Positions 32,454 through 42,793 of a DNA stretch of 64,000 nucleotides are shown here, one piece after another. Position numbers and translations under genes: made by a program. The first letter of the stretch is position 1. Each line of letters starts with the position of its first letter. The notes beneath the pieces are model-generated. The model had not been told where the DNA came from. It was given only the letters and a program-made list of their open reading frames with translations, and made no database searches. Source of the stretch: an uncultured Pelagibacteraceae bacterium (GTDB lineage: Bacteria; Pseudomonadota; Alphaproteobacteria; Pelagibacterales; AG-422-B15); contig CABZCR010000006.1 in assembly GCA_902524285.1 (NCBI GenBank), forward strand, positions 4,391-68,390. Reading direction: 5' to 3'.

Positions 32454-34700
32454 ATGTATAAGCAAATAGTTGTAATAACTTTTTTATTATTTACAAGCTC
32501 CTATCTTTTTGCTGAGGACAATAAAATATTATCAATAGAGATTGAAGGTAATCAAAGAATAGATAAAGAAACGATCATTTCATATTCAAACACAGAAGTG
32601 GGTCAGACTTATTCTGAAAATTTAGGTAATAACATATTAAAAGATCTATTCGATACTAATTTATTTTCAAATATTGAAATTTATTTTGATAGCAATAACT
32701 TACTTATTAAAATCAAAGAGAACCCGACAATCAATTTAGTTAAGTTTGTTGGTAATAGTAAAATAAAAGATGAAGATCTTTTTGTTGAAATATCTCTTAA
32801 AGAACGTTCTGTTTATTCAAGAAATAAGGTAAAAAAGGACATAGAGAGGATGCTCTCTTTGTATCAACGTTCAGGAAGACTTTCTTCTGAAATAATACCC
32901 AAAGTGGAATTGCTAGATAATAACAGAATAAATTTAACTTATGAAGTAGAGGAATCCGATGTAGCTGAAGTATCAAAAATAATAATACTTGGCAATAATA
33001 CCTATACGGCATCAAAAATTAAATCATTAATGAAAACAAAAGAAAAAACTATTTTACGTTTTTTATCATCAGCTGATAGATATGATCCTGATAAATTGGA
33101 GTATGACAAGCAGCTAGTAACACAATTTTATAATAATAATGGATTTCCTGATTTTAAATTTGTTTCATCAATTGCTCAATTGTCTCCAAATTCAAATGAT
33201 TTTGAAATAATTTTGTCAGTAAGTGAGGGTGAAAAATATGAATTTGGAAAAATTAGTGTTGTAAGTGAGCTTAAAAAATTAAATGAAGATGTAATAGAGA
33301 ATGGCCTTCCATTTAAAACAGGCGATATGTACGATGCTAGCATTATCAAGGACAGTATCGAAGAAATAAAAGACTTAGCTGAATTAAGTGGTTACTCGTT
33401 TGTTGAAATTGAGCCTTTGTTTAATAAAAATGAAGAGGCTCTTTCAGTTGGTGTAGAGATTTTATTAGATGAAGGACCAAGAGTTTATGTAAATGAAATA
33501 AGTATCTTGGGAAATACAAGAACAGTTGACAAAGTAATTAGGAGAGAAATTTCTCTATCAGAAGGTGATGCATATAATAAGTATTCCATAAATTATTCAA
33601 AAGACTCTATAAGAGCATTAAATTTTTTTTCAAAGGTAGACATAAGTGAAAATAGAACTGAATTTCCAGATAAATTAGATCTTGTAATAGAGGTTGAGGA
33701 AAAAAATACTGGTGAGGCTTCATTCGGAGTTGGCTACTCAAGTGCAACCTCAACATCAATAAATCTTGGCCTTAAAGAGGCAAATTTTCTTGGAAAAGGC
33801 CAAAAGGTGAACTTAACATCAAGTTTTTCAAATACAAGAAATACATATGATATTTCAATTACTGAACCATATTTTAATAACAAAAATTTGTCACTTACTG
33901 GAAGTATTTATAGTAGTTTTACTGACCCCACTTCTGCTAATTATGAGACAGAGGATTTAGGGATTGGACTCAGCGCAAGATTTCCTTTAGCTCCACAAAT
34001 CTCAATTGAAACTAGATACTCCTTATTTACAGCAAAAATAAAGGCTGACGCAAATGCAACAGCATATGAGAATTTGCTTGCAGGAACTGATACAAATTCA
34101 ATGTTTGGTTACTCACTTATTTTAGACAAGAGAGACAGCCGATATAGGCCATCTAGTGGATATAATCTTGTCATTGACCAAGATATTTCAGGGCTCGGAG
34201 GTACAAGCTACTATGTTAAGAATAAGTTTTCATATAATATTTATAAAAAACTTTCAAATAGGTTGATTGGAGCTCTTAAGATACAAGCAGGGAATAACTT
34301 TGGTTATAATGGAAAGTATGCCCCTTTATCTTCCAATTTTAAATTAGGAGGTAAAAAATTGAGAGGATTTAAATCTGGCAAAATAGGCCCGAGGACTGGT
34401 AATTCTTATACAGGAGGTCAGTATTTCTATTTGACATCTCTTGAAACAAATATTGATTTTAATTTAGATGCATTTGATATAACAAGTACTTTATTCTTAG
34501 ATATTGGGAGTGTATGGGGTCTAGAAAATCCTGCATACTCTGCAATTGATGACGAACACAAAATTCGTTCGTCTTTAGGGGTAAATTTTAATTGGGACTC
34601 AACAATTGGGCCTATTAATATTGTTTATGCTTCGATTTTAGAAAGTGAAGTAAATGATACAACTGATAATTTATATTTTGACATAGGATATAATTTCTAA
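32454..34700 (+). CDS. bamA: outer membrane protein assembly factor BamA
   Basis: Signal peptide, POTRA repeats (GNQRI, GNTRTVDKVIRRE), LRGF, C-terminal Phe. Confidence 0.95.
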   Translation: MYKQIVVITFLLFTSSYLFAEDNKILSIEIEGNQRIDKETIISYSNTEVGQTYSENLGNNILKDLFDTNLFSNIEIYFDSNNLLIKIKENPTINLVKFVGNSKIKDEDLFVEISLKERSVYSRNKVKKDIERMLSLYQRSGRLSSEIIPKVELLDNNRINLTYEVEESDVAEVSKIIILGNNTYTASKIKSLMKTKEKTILRFLSSADRYDPDKLEYDKQLVTQFYNNNGFPDFKFVSSIAQLSPNSNDFEIILSVSEGEKYEFGKISVVSELKKLNEDVIENGLPFKTGDMYDASIIKDSIEEIKDLAELSGYSFVEIEPLFNKNEEALSVGVEILLDEGPRVYVNEISILGNTRTVDKVIRREISLSEGDAYNKYSINYSKDSIRALNFFSKVDISENRTEFPDKLDLVIEVEEKNTGEASFGVGYSSATSTSINLGLKEANFLGKGQKVNLTSSFSNTRNTYDISITEPYFNNKNLSLTGSIYSSFTDPTSANYETEDLGIGLSARFPLAPQISIETRYSLFTAKIKADANATAYENLLAGTDTNSMFGYSLILDKRDSRYRPSSGYNLVIDQDISGLGGTSYYVKNKFSYNIYKKLSNRLIGALKIQAGNNFGYNGKYAPLSSNFKLGGKKLRGFKSGKIGPRTGNSYTGGQYFYLTSLETNIDFNLDAFDITSTLFLDIGSVWGLENPAYSAIDDEHKIRSSLGVNFNWDSTIGPINIVYASILESEVNDTTDNLYFDIGYNF

Positions 34701-34702
34701 AT

Positions 34703-35254
34703 ATGAAAAATAGATTTAAAAACAGACTATTCTTATCATTAATATTTTTAGCTTTCATCTCAATTGGCTCATCTAAAGCAGATTATCCAAGCACTTCTAT
34801 TGGTGTCATAGATCTTAATTATATCCTATCAGAATCAAATGCAGCAAAGGATGCTGCAAAAAAAATTGAAGAAATTGCATTAAAAATTGAAGAAGAAATA
34901 CAAAAATCTGACCAAGACCTAGTAAATGAACAAAATGAGTTAATAGAATCTCAACAAATTATGGCTCCAGCAGCTTTTGATGAGAAAAGAAAAGACTACG
35001 AGAAAAAAGTTCAAAATTATAATGTTGAAAGACAAGAAAAACTAGTTTCAATCGATCTGCTGGTATCTGAGTCTAGAAATAAAGTTCTAAATGCTCTTAA
35101 GCCAATACTCGAAACAATATCCAATGATAAAGGTATTACTGTATTATTAGAAAAAAATTCTGTTTTATTGAATGCAGATAATATGGACATTACAGATGAG
35201 GCATTAAAGAGCTTGAATAAAGAACTACCAAGCATAGAAGTAAAGCTAGATTAG
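34703..35254 (+). CDS. skp: OmpH/Skp periplasmic chaperone
   Basis: Signal peptide, IGVID, coiled coil, DIT motif; lies between bamA and lpxD. Confidence 0.88.
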   Translation: MKNRFKNRLFLSLIFLAFISIGSSKADYPSTSIGVIDLNYILSESNAAKDAAKKIEEIALKIEEEIQKSDQDLVNEQNELIESQQIMAPAAFDEKRKDYEKKVQNYNVERQEKLVSIDLLVSESRNKVLNALKPILETISNDKGITVLLEKNSVLLNADNMDITDEALKSLNKELPSIEVKLD

Positions 35255-35259
35255 AAAAA

Positions 35260-36240
35260 ATGACGCCTAGTTTTTTTAAAAATCTAGGGCCTTTCAGTGC
35301 AGAGTCAATATTCACTAATATTGATTGCAAACCTTTGAATATTGAAAAAAAATATACATTTAAAGAACTTGTAGGAATATTTAAAAAATCTAAGAATTCA
35401 ATATCTTTTATATATGATAATGAACAGAATAATTTTACTCCATCTAAAGATACAGCAATAGTTTGTTCAAAAAAAAAGTCAATAATATTTAATGATGATC
35501 AAAAATTGATAATTGTTAACGATGTTCAACAAACAGTAGCCGCCTTATCAAACTTGTTTTATAGAGACTATACAAATTCTGAAATTGAAAAATTTGAAGA
35601 ACCAAATATTGGTGAAAACTGTGAGATTGGAAAAAATGTCATAATAGAAAATGGAGTAATACTTGGTAATAATGTAAAAATATCTCATGGATCGATAATC
35701 AAACATAGTTGTATAATTGGGGACTATTGCTCAATAGGTTCTAATTCAGTCATATCTAATTCGATTATTGGAAAAAATACATTTATAGAAAACAACTGTT
35801 CACTCGGACAGCCAGGATTTGGTTTTCATATGAATAATTTCTCAAATTTAAATATATATCATATTGGCAGGGTAATATTGAAAGATAATGTAAGAGTTGG
35901 ATCAGGATGCACTATTGATAAGGGAAGTTTTAGTGATACTGTTATCGGATATAATACATATTTGGATAATCTTTGTCATATTGCCCATAATGTTCAAATA
36001 GGAAATAATTGCGCACTCGCCGCCATGACTGGAATTGCTGGAAGTACAAAAATTGGTAACAATGTTCTTACAGGCGGACAAGCAGGAATTGCTGGTCATT
36101 TAAATATTGGTAATAATGTTCAAATTGCAGCTAAAAGCGGTGTTTTAAAAAGTTTGAGTGATAACGAGTTTGTAATGGGATATCCAGCTATTAAAAAATC
36201 AAAATTCATTAGTTTCTATAGAAAATTATATGGAAAATAG
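35260..36240 (+). CDS. lpxD: UDP-3-O-acyl-glucosamine N-acyltransferase
   Basis: Hexapeptide repeats, GQPGFGF, DNLCHIAHNV, GYPA. Confidence 0.93.
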   Translation: MTPSFFKNLGPFSAESIFTNIDCKPLNIEKKYTFKELVGIFKKSKNSISFIYDNEQNNFTPSKDTAIVCSKKKSIIFNDDQKLIIVNDVQQTVAALSNLFYRDYTNSEIEKFEEPNIGENCEIGKNVIIENGVILGNNVKISHGSIIKHSCIIGDYCSIGSNSVISNSIIGKNTFIENNCSLGQPGFGFHMNNFSNLNIYHIGRVILKDNVRVGSGCTIDKGSFSDTVIGYNTYLDNLCHIAHNVQIGNNCALAAMTGIAGSTKIGNNVLTGGQAGIAGHLNIGNNVQIAAKSGVLKSLSDNEFVMGYPAIKKSKFISFYRKLYGK

Positions 36241-36685
36241 AGCACTATCTCTTTTAGAAATAAAAAGTCTTATCCCACACAGAGAACCTTTTCTTTATAT
36301 TGAAGAATTAGTAAACATAAAAAAGCTTGAAACTGCTACAGGTATAAAAAAATTTAACAAAAACGAAAATTTTTTTAAAGGCCATTTTCCCGGCCAACCC
36401 ATTGTTCCAGGCGTTATACTCATAGAAATGTTGGCGCAAACAGCGGCAGCCTTAATTGCATATAGTTTACGAGAAGAAACTTTTAATAAAATAGTTTATT
36501 TAATGAATATTGAAAAAGCAAAATTTAGAAAACCTGTTTTTCCAAATGATAAAATATTTGCAAATGTAAAAGCTATTAGAACCAAGGGTAGAGTATGGCG
36601 GTTTGAAGGTATGTCAAATGATAGAGAAAAGAGCGTTATTTGCGAGTCTGTATGGAGCGCGATGATAATGGATAGGAACAAATGA
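36230..36685 (+). CDS. fabZ: 3-hydroxyacyl-ACP dehydratase
   Basis: IPHREPFL, FKGHFPGQPIVPGV, FRKPV. Confidence 0.96.
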   Translation: MENRALSLLEIKSLIPHREPFLYIEELVNIKKLETATGIKKFNKNENFFKGHFPGQPIVPGVILIEMLAQTAAALIAYSLREETFNKIVYLMNIEKAKFRKPVFPNDKIFANVKAIRTKGRVWRFEGMSNDREKSVICESVWSAMIMDRNK

Positions 36686-37461
36686 GCAAAATTCACAACA
36701 CTGCAATAATAGGCAATAACTGCGTCATTGGAGAAAATGTTATTGTTGGTCCTTACTCCGTGATTGACGATAATGCTAAGATTGGAAATGATAACATCAT
36801 AAAATCCTCTGTATATATAGGAGGTAATACTGATATAGGTAAATCAAATATATTTTATCCGTTCAGTTCAATCGGATCAATTCCACAAGATTTAAAATAT
36901 AAAGGTGAAAAAAGTCGTTTAATAATTGGAGATAAAAATATTTTTCGAGAACATTGTACGGCAAATTTAGGTACCGAGGGTGATAGTATGGAAACAATAA
37001 TAGGTAACTCTTCATTATTTATGGTTGGAGCTCACATAGCTCATGACTGTGTTGTAGGTGACAATGTAATATTTGCAAATCAAGCGACATTGGGAGGGCA
37101 TGTAAAAGTCGATGATTATGCAGTTATAGGTGGGCTTTCAGCAGTACATCAATTTTGTAGAATTGGTAAACTTGCAATGATTGGCGGTATGTCAGCGGTT
37201 GAAAAAGATGTTATCCCATATAGCCTTGCAATTGGAAATAGGGCCAAAATAACTGGCATTAATATTGTGGGTTTAAAAAGAGCAAATTTTGAAAAAAGCA
37301 CAATCAAGGAATATATGATGATTGTCAAAAAAATATTTACAGGTAATTCTATTAATGAAGAAAAATCTAAGTATAAGGATTTAGAAAGCCCCCTTGTAGA
37401 AGAGCTACTTAATTTTATTGACCAGGATACTACGAGAGGTTTATGTGAATATTCAGAGTAA
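36682..37461 (+). CDS. lpxA: UDP-N-acetylglucosamine acyltransferase
   Basis: PQDLKY, HIAHDC, LGGHV, GGLSAVHQF. Confidence 0.96.
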   Translation: MSKIHNTAIIGNNCVIGENVIVGPYSVIDDNAKIGNDNIIKSSVYIGGNTDIGKSNIFYPFSSIGSIPQDLKYKGEKSRLIIGDKNIFREHCTANLGTEGDSMETIIGNSSLFMVGAHIAHDCVVGDNVIFANQATLGGHVKVDDYAVIGGLSAVHQFCRIGKLAMIGGMSAVEKDVIPYSLAIGNRAKITGINIVGLKRANFEKSTIKEYMMIVKKIFTGNSINEEKSKYKDLESPLVEELLNFIDQDTTRGLCEYSE

Positions 37462-38275
37462 TAGTTCATTATGCATTATTGGAGGATATGATTTGTTATC
37501 TAAATCTTTCTTTACAGAAGTAAATTCAAAACATTACGACTCTATTTTTATTAATGTTAATGAGAAGCATATAAATAAAAGAAGTATTTATAACCACGAA
37601 ATATTTGAATTAAAAAAAATTATTAATACTTTAAAAAAACATAATGTTAGAGACATCTTATTCATAGGGAAAATTAATCGACCCAATTTATCAGAATTTA
37701 AAAACGATGGTGAAATCGAGAAACATTTGCCATCTCTTATAAAAGCTTATAGAAAAGGTGATGGCTTCGTATTAGCCACCGTAATAAAAATTTTTGAAAA
37801 AAAAGGATTTAATATTTTATCACCACTTGAAATCTCAAAAAAATTTTTTCTTGCAAAAAATGATTTATCACGTCTATCAAGTAAAGCAGATAAGTCTGAT
37901 ATTAATAAATCAGTGAAAATACTAAACGATCTTTCAAGATATGATAATGCCCAGGCAATTGTTATCGTAAATGGGTACATTTTAGCTATTGAAGCCGCGG
38001 AAGGAACAGATAATTTATTAAAAAGAACAGCGGTTGTGCGAAAAAAATTGAAACAGTTGGATCGAAATGCTGGTTTTTTAGTAAAGATTCCAAAAAAAAA
38101 TCAAAGTAAATTGATAGATTTACCTGTAATTGGTTTAAAAACCCTTATCCTTGTGAAAAAAGCCAATCTACGTGGCATTGCAATTAATGCAAAATTTACA
38201 ATAATTAAAAATAAAAATAAATTTATGAAGCTTGCAAGAGAATATTCAATAAATATTTACAATATTAATTCTTAA
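37445..38275 (+). CDS. lpxI: UDP-2,3-diacylglucosamine diphosphatase LpxI
   Basis: GKINRP, AQAIVI, AIEAAEGTD, K.PK..Q...DLPVIG. Follows lpxA. GTG at 37445 is the likely start (ORF track starts at 37418). Confidence 0.85.
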   Translation: MNIQSNSSLCIIGGYDLLSKSFFTEVNSKHYDSIFINVNEKHINKRSIYNHEIFELKKIINTLKKHNVRDILFIGKINRPNLSEFKNDGEIEKHLPSLIKAYRKGDGFVLATVIKIFEKKGFNILSPLEISKKFFLAKNDLSRLSSKADKSDINKSVKILNDLSRYDNAQAIVIVNGYILAIEAAEGTDNLLKRTAVVRKKLKQLDRNAGFLVKIPKKNQSKLIDLPVIGLKTLILVKKANLRGIAINAKFTIIKNKNKFMKLAREYSINIYNINS

Positions 38276-38277
38276 AC

Positions 38278-39600
38278 CTATTTAGTATTTTTTTTTGATC
38301 TATTTTTACCATAAACCATAAATTTTTCCCCGGTATATAACTGTCTTGGTCGTCCTATTTTTTGTATCGGGTCTTCTATCATTTCTGTCCATTGTGCCGT
38401 CCATCCTGCAGTTCTTGCAATAGCAAAAATTACTGTAAACATTTCTGGCGGGAATCCAATAGCCCTAAGTATTATTCCAGAGTAGAAATCTACATTTGGA
38501 TAAAGTTTTTTTTCTATAAAATATTTATCTCTTAAAGCGACCTTTTCGAGGTCAGTTGCGAGCTTTAAAATAGGATCATTTTTTACCCCGACATGTTTTA
38601 AGACTTTTCTAGATATTTTTTTTAATATTTTAGCTCGTGGGTCATAGTTTTTATAAACTCTATGGCCAAATCCCATCAATTTAAATGGATCATTTTTATT
38701 TTTTGCTTTTCTAATATACTTGTTAATATTTTTTGAAGATCCAATTTCCTCTAGCATTTCTAGTGCTGCTTGATTTGCTCCACCATGTGCAGGCCCCCAT
38801 AAAGAAGATACACCTGCTGCGATACAAGCAAATGGATTTGCGCCAGATGAACCAGCTAATCGAACAGTTGACGTAGATGCATTTTGCTCATGATCTGCAT
38901 GTAAAATAAATATTGTATCCATTGCTTTTGCAAGAACAGGAGAAACCTTGTATTCTTCAGCGGTGTTACTAAAACACATATGTAAAAAATTTTCAGAAAA
39001 AGATAGATTGTTTTTAGGTGAGATAAAAGACTGTCCAATTGAATATTTATAAGCCATTGCACCAATAGTAGATGATTTTGCCACAATTCTTCTAGTCGCC
39101 TCCTGTCTTTGATGAGCATCTCCTATATCTAAACTATCTTGATAGAAAGATGATAATGCTCCCATAACTCCAACCATCATTGCCATGGGATGAGCATCTC
39201 TTCTAAAACCTTGGAAAAAGTTTATTATTTGCTCATGCAAAAGTGTATGTCGAGTAATAAGCTCTTTATATTTTTTTAATTGTTCCTTATTTGGCAAATC
39301 CCCATAAATTAATAAATTTACAACTTCTATAAAATCACTTTTATTCGCTAAATCTTCGATATCAAATCCACGATATCTTAAAATTCCTTTATCACCATCA
39401 ATATATGTAATTTTTGACTCACAAGATGCTGTTGAAGTAAATCCTGGGTCGTAAGTAAATATTTTTGCCAGTGAATGCAGCTTAGAAATGTCTATGACAG
39501 ACTCGCCTTCTGTAGAATTATATATTGGAAATTCGTAAGTATGGTTATTAATAATTAGCTTAGCTTTTTTTGTTTTAATGGAACTTTTATTTTTTGACAT
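38278..39600 (-). CDS. gltA: citrate synthase (type II)
   Basis: [36 protein letters not shown]. Confidence 0.98.
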   Translation of the reverse strand: MSKNKSSIKTKKAKLIINNHTYEFPIYNSTEGESVIDISKLHSLAKIFTYDPGFTSTASCESKITYIDGDKGILRYRGFDIEDLANKSDFIEVVNLLIYGDLPNKEQLKKYKELITRHTLLHEQIINFFQGFRRDAHPMAMMVGVMGALSSFYQDSLDIGDAHQRQEATRRIVAKSSTIGAMAYKYSIGQSFISPKNNLSFSENFLHMCFSNTAEEYKVSPVLAKAMDTIFILHADHEQNASTSTVRLAGSSGANPFACIAAGVSSLWGPAHGGANQAALEMLEEIGSSKNINKYIRKAKNKNDPFKLMGFGHRVYKNYDPRAKILKKISRKVLKHVGVKNDPILKLATDLEKVALRDKYFIEKKLYPNVDFYSGIILRAIGFPPEMFTVIFAIARTAGWTAQWTEMIEDPIQKIGRPRQLYTGEKFMVYGKNRSKKNTK

Positions 39601-39646
39601 TCAATTACTAATTAAACTATTTGCTAAATAATTAAAGAAAAAATAA

Positions 39647-40324
39647 TTAATATTTTCTAAGAAGTCCTATCAATTTTCCCTGAATTTTGACTCTATGGGC
39701 AGAAAGGATTCGTGTTTCGTAAATAGGATTAGCACTTTCTAGCGCAATGCTTTGACCTTTTTTTCTAATTCTTTTTAAGGTAGCTTCATTGTCGTCAATT
39801 AAGGCAACAACAATTTCGCCGTTATCTGCAAGATTAGTTTTTTTAATTAATACTGTATCTCCATTATGAATACCTTCGTTTATCATTGAGTCACCTTCAA
39901 CTGTTAATGCATAACTTTCACCTATTGGCATCATTTCTTTTGGAACATCTACCGATGTATCATTTTGTTGAATAGCTTCAATTGGAGTACCAGCAGCAAT
40001 TTTACCTAAAAGTGGGAGAGTGCTCAATTTATGATTGCTCTCATTTGAATTATTTATAAAATTACCAACTACCAAGTTATTTTTATTTTTTTCTGAAACT
40101 TTAACGTTTGATATTCCATCTTTGATTATTTCAAGTGCTCTTGCTTTATGTGCTAATCTTTTCACAAATCCACGTTCTTCGAGTGCTAAAATTAGTCTGT
40201 GAATTCCTGATTTCGATTTTAAATTTAATGCAGACTTCATCTCTTCATATGATGGAGTTACACCATTTTTACTTTGGAACTTCTGAATATAATTTAATAG
40301 TTCTTTTTGTTTCTTTGTTAACAT
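39647..40324 (-). CDS. lexA: SOS repressor LexA
   Basis: PSYEEM, SKSGIHRL, IAAG cleavage site, GDSM, ATLKR. Confidence 0.98.
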   Translation of the reverse strand: MLTKKQKELLNYIQKFQSKNGVTPSYEEMKSALNLKSKSGIHRLILALEERGFVKRLAHKARALEIIKDGISNVKVSEKNKNNLVVGNFINNSNESNHKLSTLPLLGKIAAGTPIEAIQQNDTSVDVPKEMMPIGESYALTVEGDSMINEGIHNGDTVLIKKTNLADNGEIVVALIDDNEATLKRIRKKGQSIALESANPIYETRILSAHRVKIQGKLIGLLRKY

Positions 40325-40344
40325 TGATTCGATCCTCAGTTAAT

Positions 40345-40359
40345 GTTCTATCAATGTTC
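40345..40359 (-). promoter_or_regulatory. alphaproteobacterial LexA (SOS) box
   Basis: Exact GTTC-N7-GTTC (GTTC TATCAAT GTTC) 21-35 bp upstream of the lexA ATG, with a third in-phase GTTT at 40367-70. Confidence 0.9.
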
Positions 40360-40422
40360 TCTTCTAGTTTCAATAAAAAAAAATTATTTATTTTCAATGA
40401 TTAATTAAGACTACGTAATTTT

Positions 40423-41211
40423 TTAATTTAATAATTCTGCAATATGGTTGGGCAAATTATCTGACTTCATTAAAAATTCACCAATTAAATAGTTGGTTAT
40501 ACCCGTGGTTGTATGAATTTTTGATATGTCACTTTTACTATGAAAGCCACTTTCAGAGATTATAAGTTTGTCACAGTTATCTAAGTATTGAGACAAATTT
40601 ATTGTGGTATCTAAATTAGTTACAAAATTATTAAGGTTTCTATTATTTATACCTATCATATTTGATTTCATAGATTTCGCTCTTTGCAGTTCATTATAGT
40701 CGTGCACTTCAATAATGCTATCCATCTTTAGTTCACTTGCTAATTCAGCAAATCTATCAGCATCATCTTGACTTAACATTGATAATATGATCAGGATACA
40801 GTCTGCCCCAATTAATTTGCTTTCATATATTTGGTAATCATCAACTATAAAATCTTTTCTTAGTATAGGTAGTTGTACTTCTTTTCTTATTTCAATTAAG
40901 TCTTCAATTCTTCCATTAAAATATTTTTCGTCTGTCAAAACTGAGATACACGAAATATTATTATCTTCATATGCTTTTGCAAAATCGATTAAATTAATAT
41001 TCTCCTTAGTAAATTTACCTAAAGAGGGACTAGCTTTTTTTATTTCTCCTATAATTGAAATTTGACTATTTTGATGATTTAATTTTTCAAAGAAAGGAAA
41101 GTTAATATTTTTTATATTCAATTTATTTTCAATTTTTGATTGAGGAATTATTTCTTTTTGATTTGAAACAAAATTAATTTTATACTCGTATATTTCTTTT
41201 AATATTGACAT
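40423..41211 (-). CDS. trpC: indole-3-glycerol phosphate synthase
   Basis: EIKKASPS, SVLTDEKYF, LRKDF, GINNRNL, SESG. Confidence 0.96.
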   Translation of the reverse strand: MSILKEIYEYKINFVSNQKEIIPQSKIENKLNIKNINFPFFEKLNHQNSQISIIGEIKKASPSLGKFTKENINLIDFAKAYEDNNISCISVLTDEKYFNGRIEDLIEIRKEVQLPILRKDFIVDDYQIYESKLIGADCILIILSMLSQDDADRFAELASELKMDSIIEVHDYNELQRAKSMKSNMIGINNRNLNNFVTNLDTTINLSQYLDNCDKLIISESGFHSKSDISKIHTTTGITNYLIGEFLMKSDNLPNHIAELLN

Positions 41212-42221
41212 TATAAATTTGTAAATTTAGATAACTGATCAATAATTCTCAAAGGTTCTCCACTTTTAATAATTAATTGAACTTCATCAAAGGCTTTTAA
41301 AATATTTTTTTCATTAAAATCTTCAGATTGATTTATGAGCATACCAAATGCTGCATTTGCACAAACAGTATTATAAAAAGTATCTTTTTTACCTTTAAAA
41401 ATTTCAATTATACGATCAGCATTAAATATTGCGTCACTTCCTTTTATTTCATCATGTATTATTTTTGGACAGTCAAGTATTTTAGGATCAAACTGCATAA
41501 TGCCATTTTTATTTGTAAAAATTAAATTAATACCACTGAGAGATATTTCATCGTTACCATCATGACCAGCAATTAAGCAAACATTTTTATCTTCTTTTTC
41601 AAAAACGTCCTTATAAATATTAAAAACCTCTTTAGAATAAACACCAACAATTTGATTTCTAACCTTTGCTGGATTTAACAAAGGACCCAACATATTAAAT
41701 ATAGTGCGGAATCCAAGTAATTGTCTCACTTGAGCAACGTGTTTCATGGCGGGATGGTGATTTGGGGCAAACATAAAGCATATTCCTGTATTTCTAAGAC
41801 AATCTTCTATCTTAGAAGTTTCTATATCGACATTTATATTCAATGCTTTTAAAACATCAGCTGAACCACATTTTGATGTTAGCGCTCGATTTCCATGTTT
41901 AGCTATTGGTATACCAGAGGCCGCCAAAACAAAAGCTGTTGCCGTTGAGATATTTAAGCTATTTTTTCCATCACCTCCCGTACCGCATGTATCCATTGTG
42001 TTTAATGGGGCATTGATCGAGAGCATTTTTTTTCTCATTACTTCTAAAGCAGCAATTACATGATGTGATTTAACACCGGACTTTTGGAGCAATGAAATAA
42101 AGGAGCTTATTTGTATCTCACTTATTTCACCATTCATGATTTGCATAAAGGCCTTTTTAGTGGATTTTAAATCTAAACTATCTTCGTAGGCTAATTGAAT
42201 GAATTCTTTAAAATCAGTCAT
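41211..42221 (-). CDS. trpD: anthranilate phosphoribosyltransferase
   Basis: DTCGTGGDG, NIST, KHGNR, RTIFNMLGPL. Start taken at ATG 42221 (ATGA overlap with trpG). Confidence 0.96.
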   Translation of the reverse strand: MTDFKEFIQLAYEDSLDLKSTKKAFMQIMNGEISEIQISSFISLLQKSGVKSHHVIAALEVMRKKMLSINAPLNTMDTCGTGGDGKNSLNISTATAFVLAASGIPIAKHGNRALTSKCGSADVLKALNINVDIETSKIEDCLRNTGICFMFAPNHHPAMKHVAQVRQLLGFRTIFNMLGPLLNPAKVRNQIVGVYSKEVFNIYKDVFEKEDKNVCLIAGHDGNDEISLSGINLIFTNKNGIMQFDPKILDCPKIIHDEIKGSDAIFNADRIIEIFKGKKDTFYNTVCANAAFGMLINQSEDFNEKNILKAFDEVQLIIKSGEPLRIIDQLSKFTNL

Positions 42222-42793
42222 AAATTTAAAAAATTCTTCATTATTTTTTTGCCAAATGGAACAGAGGCTATACTTTCCGGATGAAATTGAACTCCATAGC
42301 AAGGGTAATTTTCATGCTCAATTCCCATGATTACGTTTTTTTTATTGTCAATTGTCTCAGAAATTACTCTAAAATTTTTAGGTAGTGTTCCATTTTTAAT
42401 TACTAAACTGTGATATCTGGTTGCTTCAAATGATGATGGCAGTCCTTTGAATATTTTTGAACCAAGGTTTGAAACTTTTGAGGTTTTTCCATGCATAATT
42501 TTACCTGCTTTAATTATCTTTGCACCAAATGCTTGTCCGATGGATTGATGCCCTAAACATACACCAAGTATAGGCATTTTATCATAAAATTTTTTAACAA
42601 GGTCTAAACAAATACCCGCTTCATTAGGAGTACAGGGACCAGGTGATATTATAATTTTTTTAGGATTAAGTTTTTGTATTTTTTTTAAAGATATTTTATC
42701 ATTTCTATAAACTTGAACGTTATGACCTAACTCTTCAACATAGTGTACCAAATTATAAGTAAAGCTATCATAATTATCTATTAGCAATATCAT
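42218..42793 (-). CDS. trpG: anthranilate synthase component II
   Basis: IDNYDSFTYNL, SPGP, GVCLGHQ, QFHPES. Confidence 0.96.
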   Translation of the reverse strand: MILLIDNYDSFTYNLVHYVEELGHNVQVYRNDKISLKKIQKLNPKKIIISPGPCTPNEAGICLDLVKKFYDKMPILGVCLGHQSIGQAFGAKIIKAGKIMHGKTSKVSNLGSKIFKGLPSSFEATRYHSLVIKNGTLPKNFRVISETIDNKKNVIMGIEHENYPCYGVQFHPESIASVPFGKKIMKNFLNL

